64,000 nt of DNA from Patescibacteria group bacterium (GTDB lineage: Bacteria > Patescibacteriota > Patescibacteriia > SG8-24 > DYFX01): positions 309,453-373,452 of the forward strand of contig CP129476.1 of NCBI GenBank assembly GCA_030583805.1. The letters are read 5' to 3'. The notes under the pieces were generated by a model. It made no database searches, was not told the origin of the DNA, and worked only from the letters and a program-made list of their open reading frames with translations. This document shows, one piece after another, positions 59,459 through 64,000 of this stretch. The number at the start of each line of letters is the position of its first letter. Position 1 is the stretch's first letter. Made by a program: the position numbers and the translations under genes.

Positions 59459-60096
59459 AGCGCGCGGCGGATAGTTGACACGGTCAAGGAAAATACCATC
59501 GATGTCAGGACGAACAGGCTCTTGGCCATCGGCAAGATCGACAATACCACGACCGCAAAGGCCGGGAAAGCGTAGCGATAGATGGCATCCTTCTTCTGCA
59601 AGAGATGCGCGACCTTCCTTTGTTGCAGGGAAATTTCGACGAAAAAGAGGACGCCGACGGCGAGCGCCCAATACACGTTGCGCTTGCCGAGCTCCGTACC
59701 GAAGAACGTGGTGTTGATCGGCTGGGAAAAGCTGCCGTAGATGCCGCGCTGGAACACCTGGTACAGCACGATCATGACGACGAACTGGACGAGCAGGATC
59801 GTCGCCTTCGCCCAATGGCTCACCCTATGTTCCTTGAGAAACGCGCGGATATGCTCCCCCGCCAGCACCTCGTCGTGCTTGAAACGCTCCTGGATCTCGG
59901 CGACCTGCGACTCAAGATGCTCGTACCGCGCCGCGTCGCGCTCCGCCTTGATGGTGAGCGGGATAAGGGCGAGGCGCAACAAAAACGTCATCTCGATGAC
60001 CGCCACGCCGAGGTTGCCGAAGGCGACGGTTTCGTAGAAAAAAATGAGGAGATCGAGAAGCGGCGCGACCAGGAAATTTCGCCAGAGTTCGATCAT
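59434..60096 (-). CDS. yidC: Membrane protein insertase YidC/Oxa1 family (short form)
   Basis: MIELWRNFLVAPLLDLLIFFY...GNLGVAVIEMTFLLRLALIPLTIK and 5 TM segments. 220 aa. Confidence 0.8.
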   Translation of the reverse strand: MIELWRNFLVAPLLDLLIFFYETVAFGNLGVAVIEMTFLLRLALIPLTIKAERDAARYEHLESQVAEIQERFKHDEVLAGEHIRAFLKEHRVSHWAKATILLVQFVVMIVLYQVFQRGIYGSFSQPINTTFFGTELGKRNVYWALAVGVLFFVEISLQQRKVAHLLQKKDAIYRYAFPAFAVVVLSILPMAKSLFVLTSMVFSLTVSTIRRALWPTDSTK

Positions 60097-60103
60097 AGGG
60101 GTC

Positions 60104-61060
<957 letters not shown>

Positions 61061-61114
61061 AAAACTACGAGGGCAAGTGCCCATCGTAGTCTTTTTTTTC
61101 GACCCTCGTCAATC

Positions 61115-61591
61115 CTAGGCCTTGGGCGCCATCGGCATCGAGGCGTCGTGTTCGCCCGAACCTTTTTTCATCATCCAAGCGTCGATCGCATAGGCGCCGG
61201 CTCCCGAAAGAAGCAAATTGACGGAAGCAGCCAACAGAACGACTTCCAGTTCGATCTTCGCCCAGCTGGAGAGGCCTTTGGCGGCCAGGATCGCGACAAC
61301 CATCGTTGCGGCGTGAAGGAAGGCGATCGGGCGGACGGCGAAGCCCAGAATCAGGAGCAAGCCGCCGAAGAACTCGACGCCGCCGATAAACGGCGCCATG
61401 ATGCCCGGCATCGGCACGCCGATCTTGTCGAAGAAACCCGTCGTCATTGCCAAGCCGCCGAAGAGCTTCATCTTTCCGTGGTAGACGAAGACGGCGCCGA
61501 CAGCGACGCGGAGAATGAGCTTCGCCCAGTCGGTGTTGCACGGCTTACGCAAGTGCATCATAAACGGACTGTGCATGAGCTTGTGAAACAT
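61115..61591 (-). CDS. DoxX family membrane protein
   Basis: WAKLILRVAVGAVFVYHGKMKLFG is a DoxX signature. 4 TM segments. Confidence 0.75.
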   Translation of the reverse strand: MFHKLMHSPFMMHLRKPCNTDWAKLILRVAVGAVFVYHGKMKLFGGLAMTTGFFDKIGVPMPGIMAPFIGGVEFFGGLLLILGFAVRPIAFLHAATMVVAILAAKGLSSWAKIELEVVLLAASVNLLLSGAGAYAIDAWMMKKGSGEHDASMPMAPKA

Positions 61592-61632
61592 AAAAAATAT
61601 GAGGTTAATGCGCTTTAAACATAGCATACGAC

Positions 61633-61661
61633 TAGACAAACTTCCAATCGCGTGCTATCTT
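61633..61661 (+). promoter_or_regulatory. Sigma70-like promoter for tRNA-Glu
   Basis: TAGACA-17 nt-TATCTT ending about 11 nt before the tRNA 5' end. Confidence 0.5.
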
Positions 61662-61672
61662 CCTTAGCGCCC

Positions 61673-61748
61673 GCCGCGTTCGTCTAGCCCGGTCCAGGAC
61701 GTCGCCTTCTCACGGCGAAAATCAGGGGTTCAAATCCCCTACGCGGTA
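61673..61748 (+). tRNA. tRNA-Glu (anticodon CTC)
   Basis: Hand fold: acceptor gccgcgt/acgcggt (G1-U72), D-arm gtc-tagcccggtccag-gac, anticodon stem tcgcc/ggcga with loop ttCTCac, T-arm agggg-ttcaaat-cccct, encoded CCA at 61749-61751. Confidence 0.75.
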
Positions 61749-61755
61749 CCAAAAA

Positions 61756-61787
61756 AGACCTCACCCTTGCGGTGGGGTCTTTTTTTC
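61756..61787 (+). terminator. Rho-independent terminator after tRNA-Glu
   Basis: agacctcacccttgcggtggggtct followed by ttttttt. Confidence 0.8.
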
Positions 61788-61812
61788 TGATAAGCAGCAA
61801 GCGGGAGGAACC

Positions 61813-62628
61813 ATGCTCGCACTGACCGACGCCCTTTTCGCCCGCCACGGCCACTCCGAAGCGAATCTTGCGACGCAGTTGCTGAGGCAAGGCGACCAGG
61901 AGAAGGCCGCGCAGCTCTTGTCCGGCCGCCATCCCGACAACGTCCGTCTCACGAGCTTGGGCCGCGCGCAAGCCGAGCGGCTTGGCGACTGGCTGCGGAC
62001 CGCAGCCCGGCTGCGCATCGATCATTACCGCACATCGTCCCTTCCGCGCGCGATCGAAACGTCCGGACGCCTCCGGCTTCCGAACGCCGCCTGGCTGATC
62101 GAACCACTTCTCGTCGAACGCAGCCTTGGCACGATCACGCTGCCGGAGACCGGCGCGCACGTACCCGCGTGGGAAGCCCACGCGCGGGCGCAGATCGAGA
62201 AGCCTCTCACCTGGGAGCCGCCCGGGGGCGAAAGCATCCTGCACGTCGCCAAGCGCGTCCGATTCATGTTGGCGAGCCTGCAGCACGAAACGGGCGCCAT
62301 GCTCTGCGTCACGCACCGCGAGACGCTCTGGGCGATCCGCACGCTTTTCGAACACCTGTCGAAAGACGCGTTTGAAGCCGCCTATCGCTCCCGCGCCCCC
62401 GAACACCGGATCTGGAATTGCGAGCTGTTTCACTACAGTCGACGCGACCCGGCGACCGGAGCGCTCTCGCCGACGTTCGACTGGATGCGCCGCGTGCGTA
62501 TCCATGAAAGCGCGCCCGCGCAGGAAACGGTCTGGAAGCACATCGCGCGACCGCGTCATTCCAACGACGACCTCCTCGCGATCGCCGCGAGCCACCCCTC
62601 AATCCTCGAACCGGATGAAACGCCTTAA
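61813..62628 (+). CDS. Histidine phosphatase family protein (phosphoglycerate mutase-like)
   Basis: ARHGHSEAN (RHGxSxxN catalytic motif). GGGAGG SD upstream. Confidence 0.8.
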   Translation: MLALTDALFARHGHSEANLATQLLRQGDQEKAAQLLSGRHPDNVRLTSLGRAQAERLGDWLRTAARLRIDHYRTSSLPRAIETSGRLRLPNAAWLIEPLLVERSLGTITLPETGAHVPAWEAHARAQIEKPLTWEPPGGESILHVAKRVRFMLASLQHETGAMLCVTHRETLWAIRTLFEHLSKDAFEAAYRSRAPEHRIWNCELFHYSRRDPATGALSPTFDWMRRVRIHESAPAQETVWKHIARPRHSNDDLLAIAASHPSILEPDETP

Positions 62629-62683
62629 ACCGACGCTGTCGGTTCTTTTTTTGCAAATGAAAAACCATCCGAACAGGATGGTG

Positions 62684-63340
62684 TCAGCGCGAGGCGATGA
62701 CGTCGTCGACGTTGGATTCGACGATCGGCGGTTCGTTGCCCGCGAGAAGCTCCACGCGGCGCGCGCGGTACCAAGGACCGAGCACGTCCGTCGTGAGCAA
62801 GAGCAGCACGGCCCAAAGGAAGCACGAGGCCACCAAGTTGATGCCGTTCAAGATATCCGCATCCGGCCGAAACGCTCCCAGCATGAACGCCAGCGAGATG
62901 AGTCCGGCGACGGCGTAATCGACCGGGAAGAGGCCGAAGACCCACCAGCGGCCGTCGTGCCATTCGATTTCTTCCTTCTTGAAACGCTTCAGGCCGTAAG
63001 CCGGATTCAAGACGAACCAGAGGAAATCCCAGGTCGGGCACACGAGGAAGAACAGCGCCAAGGTCATGCTTTCGTTCTGCCAGGTGAACGGCGTGCCCTG
63101 GAAGTAGCAGAGATGGAACGCCGCGAGCTGGAGCGTGAACATGCAGCCGTGATAGCCGGTGACGGGGCGGCCGCCGAAGAAGATCACCTGCACGAGACGG
63201 AACAGTCGTCCGCCCTGCGTGCGGCGCCAGGTCGGAAGCGATGCGGCCCAGCCGCGCGATCCTTCGATGTGCACTTCGAGCGCGGCGGAAAGCAGAGCCC
63301 AGACGAAGAACACGATGATCTGCAGGAACGAAAAGGGCAT
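62684..63340 (-). CDS. Hypothetical integral membrane protein (~6 TM)
   Basis: MPFSFLQIIVFFVWALLSAAL... Multiple hydrophobic helices, Trp-rich. Confidence 0.5.
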   Translation of the reverse strand: MPFSFLQIIVFFVWALLSAALEVHIEGSRGWAASLPTWRRTQGGRLFRLVQVIFFGGRPVTGYHGCMFTLQLAAFHLCYFQGTPFTWQNESMTLALFFLVCPTWDFLWFVLNPAYGLKRFKKEEIEWHDGRWWVFGLFPVDYAVAGLISLAFMLGAFRPDADILNGINLVASCFLWAVLLLLTTDVLGPWYRARRVELLAGNEPPIVESNVDDVIASR

Positions 63341-63436
63341 CGGTCTCTCCTTACGTGGCAGCCGGACGTTCCCACAAAATTTCGTATTCGTCAATACAAA
63401 AAAGGTACGCGGATGCGTACCTTGCTGAGAACGGCC

Positions 63437-63946
63437 CTAACGGACTTTGGACTTACCGTTGACCCAGAAGTCAACGAGTTCGGCTTGATCCTTGTCGCGC
63501 TTGGGATGATCGAGAAAGAGCTGGCAGTCCTTCTGCTTGTCGGCGTGTCCGAGAAAATGCTCGGCCGCGCAGAGGCAGTAGAGGTACCGAGCGTCGAGCG
63601 AACCGGCCTTGAGGGGTTTCAGGATCTCGATGGCGAGACTGTTCTGATTCTCCTCGTAGGCCCGACAGCCGTCGTCCGCCGTACGCGGAGCAGCGGGTGC
63701 CAGAACGGCATCGCGCGGCGCCGGAGCGACGATCTCTTGGAACGCGCCCGCATCTTGCGCGGACGACGCGTCCGAACCTCCGAGCGTTCGGCTGTTGAAG
63801 ACCGTCCATGCAAGCATGGCGAGTCCGACGAACACGGCGGCGGCTGCGAACCCCTTCAGGAACGAGACGTACCGCGGTCGCCTCTTTGCCGGCGCGAGCG
63901 ACTCCACCGAAACCGGTGGAGGCGCGCTCGTGCGGCGCGGACGCAT
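63437..63946 (-). CDS. Hypothetical membrane-anchored protein
   Basis: Basic N-terminus, then TM FAAAAVFVGLAMLAWTV, then a periplasmic domain with 5 Cys. Confidence 0.45.
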   Translation of the reverse strand: MRPRRTSAPPPVSVESLAPAKRRPRYVSFLKGFAAAAVFVGLAMLAWTVFNSRTLGGSDASSAQDAGAFQEIVAPAPRDAVLAPAAPRTADDGCRAYEENQNSLAIEILKPLKAGSLDARYLYCLCAAEHFLGHADKQKDCQLFLDHPKRDKDQAELVDFWVNGKSKVR

Positions 63947-64000
63947 GGCGGCCGGAGGAGGAGGCGGGGGCGTACTCGGCCTGTGCGGACGAGGAGCGGG

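Overview
This is a high-GC (~60-65%) bacterial chromosomal segment carrying a ~20-kb lower-GC (~45-52%) mosaic mobile island at 13.5-33.6 kb, inserted immediately 3' of a tRNA-Gln(CTG). Outside the island the genes are housekeeping. Left flank: an envelope-modification operon (GT2, Memo-like/CapA fusion, secreted hypothetical, Rieske protein, tandem OatA-like acyltransferases), a cysteine-rich repeat secreted protein, rlmD, era, a LOG-family protein, a lipoprotein, a short mutY and rsuA. Right flank: an amidohydrolase, a DEAD-box helicase with an RGG tail, a MazG-like protein, dnaX, a VirD4/TraG-like coupling ATPase, cysS, a 1130-aa tail-fibre-like protein with a C-terminal S74 chaperone domain, dnaJ, a divergent 7xCxxC zinc-ribbon protein, a CIRCE-controlled hrcA-grpE-orf-hsp20-dnaK operon, a ~1-kb gene-free region with promoter/terminator-bracketed candidate ncRNAs, a P-type ATPase, an SPFH protein, a short yidC, dus, a DoxX protein, tRNA-Glu(CTC) and a histidine phosphatase. 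The island carries a KAP-family P-loop NTPase, two large serine recombinases, phage terS/terL plus a duplicated terL 3' fragment, a ParB-N/DNA-MTase fusion, a complete Type III R-M system (mod-res) with a translationally coupled small membrane protein, a ParB-like protein, and an XRE/ImmA/GIY-YIG module. No CRISPR array or rRNA is present. Many long ORFs in the six-frame track are antisense shadow ORFs typical of high-GC DNA and were not called. Gene content (short yidC, hrcA and mutY, many secreted hypotheticals, a VirD4-like ATPase) loosely suggests a CPR/Patescibacteria-like or otherwise reduced genome; this is inference only.
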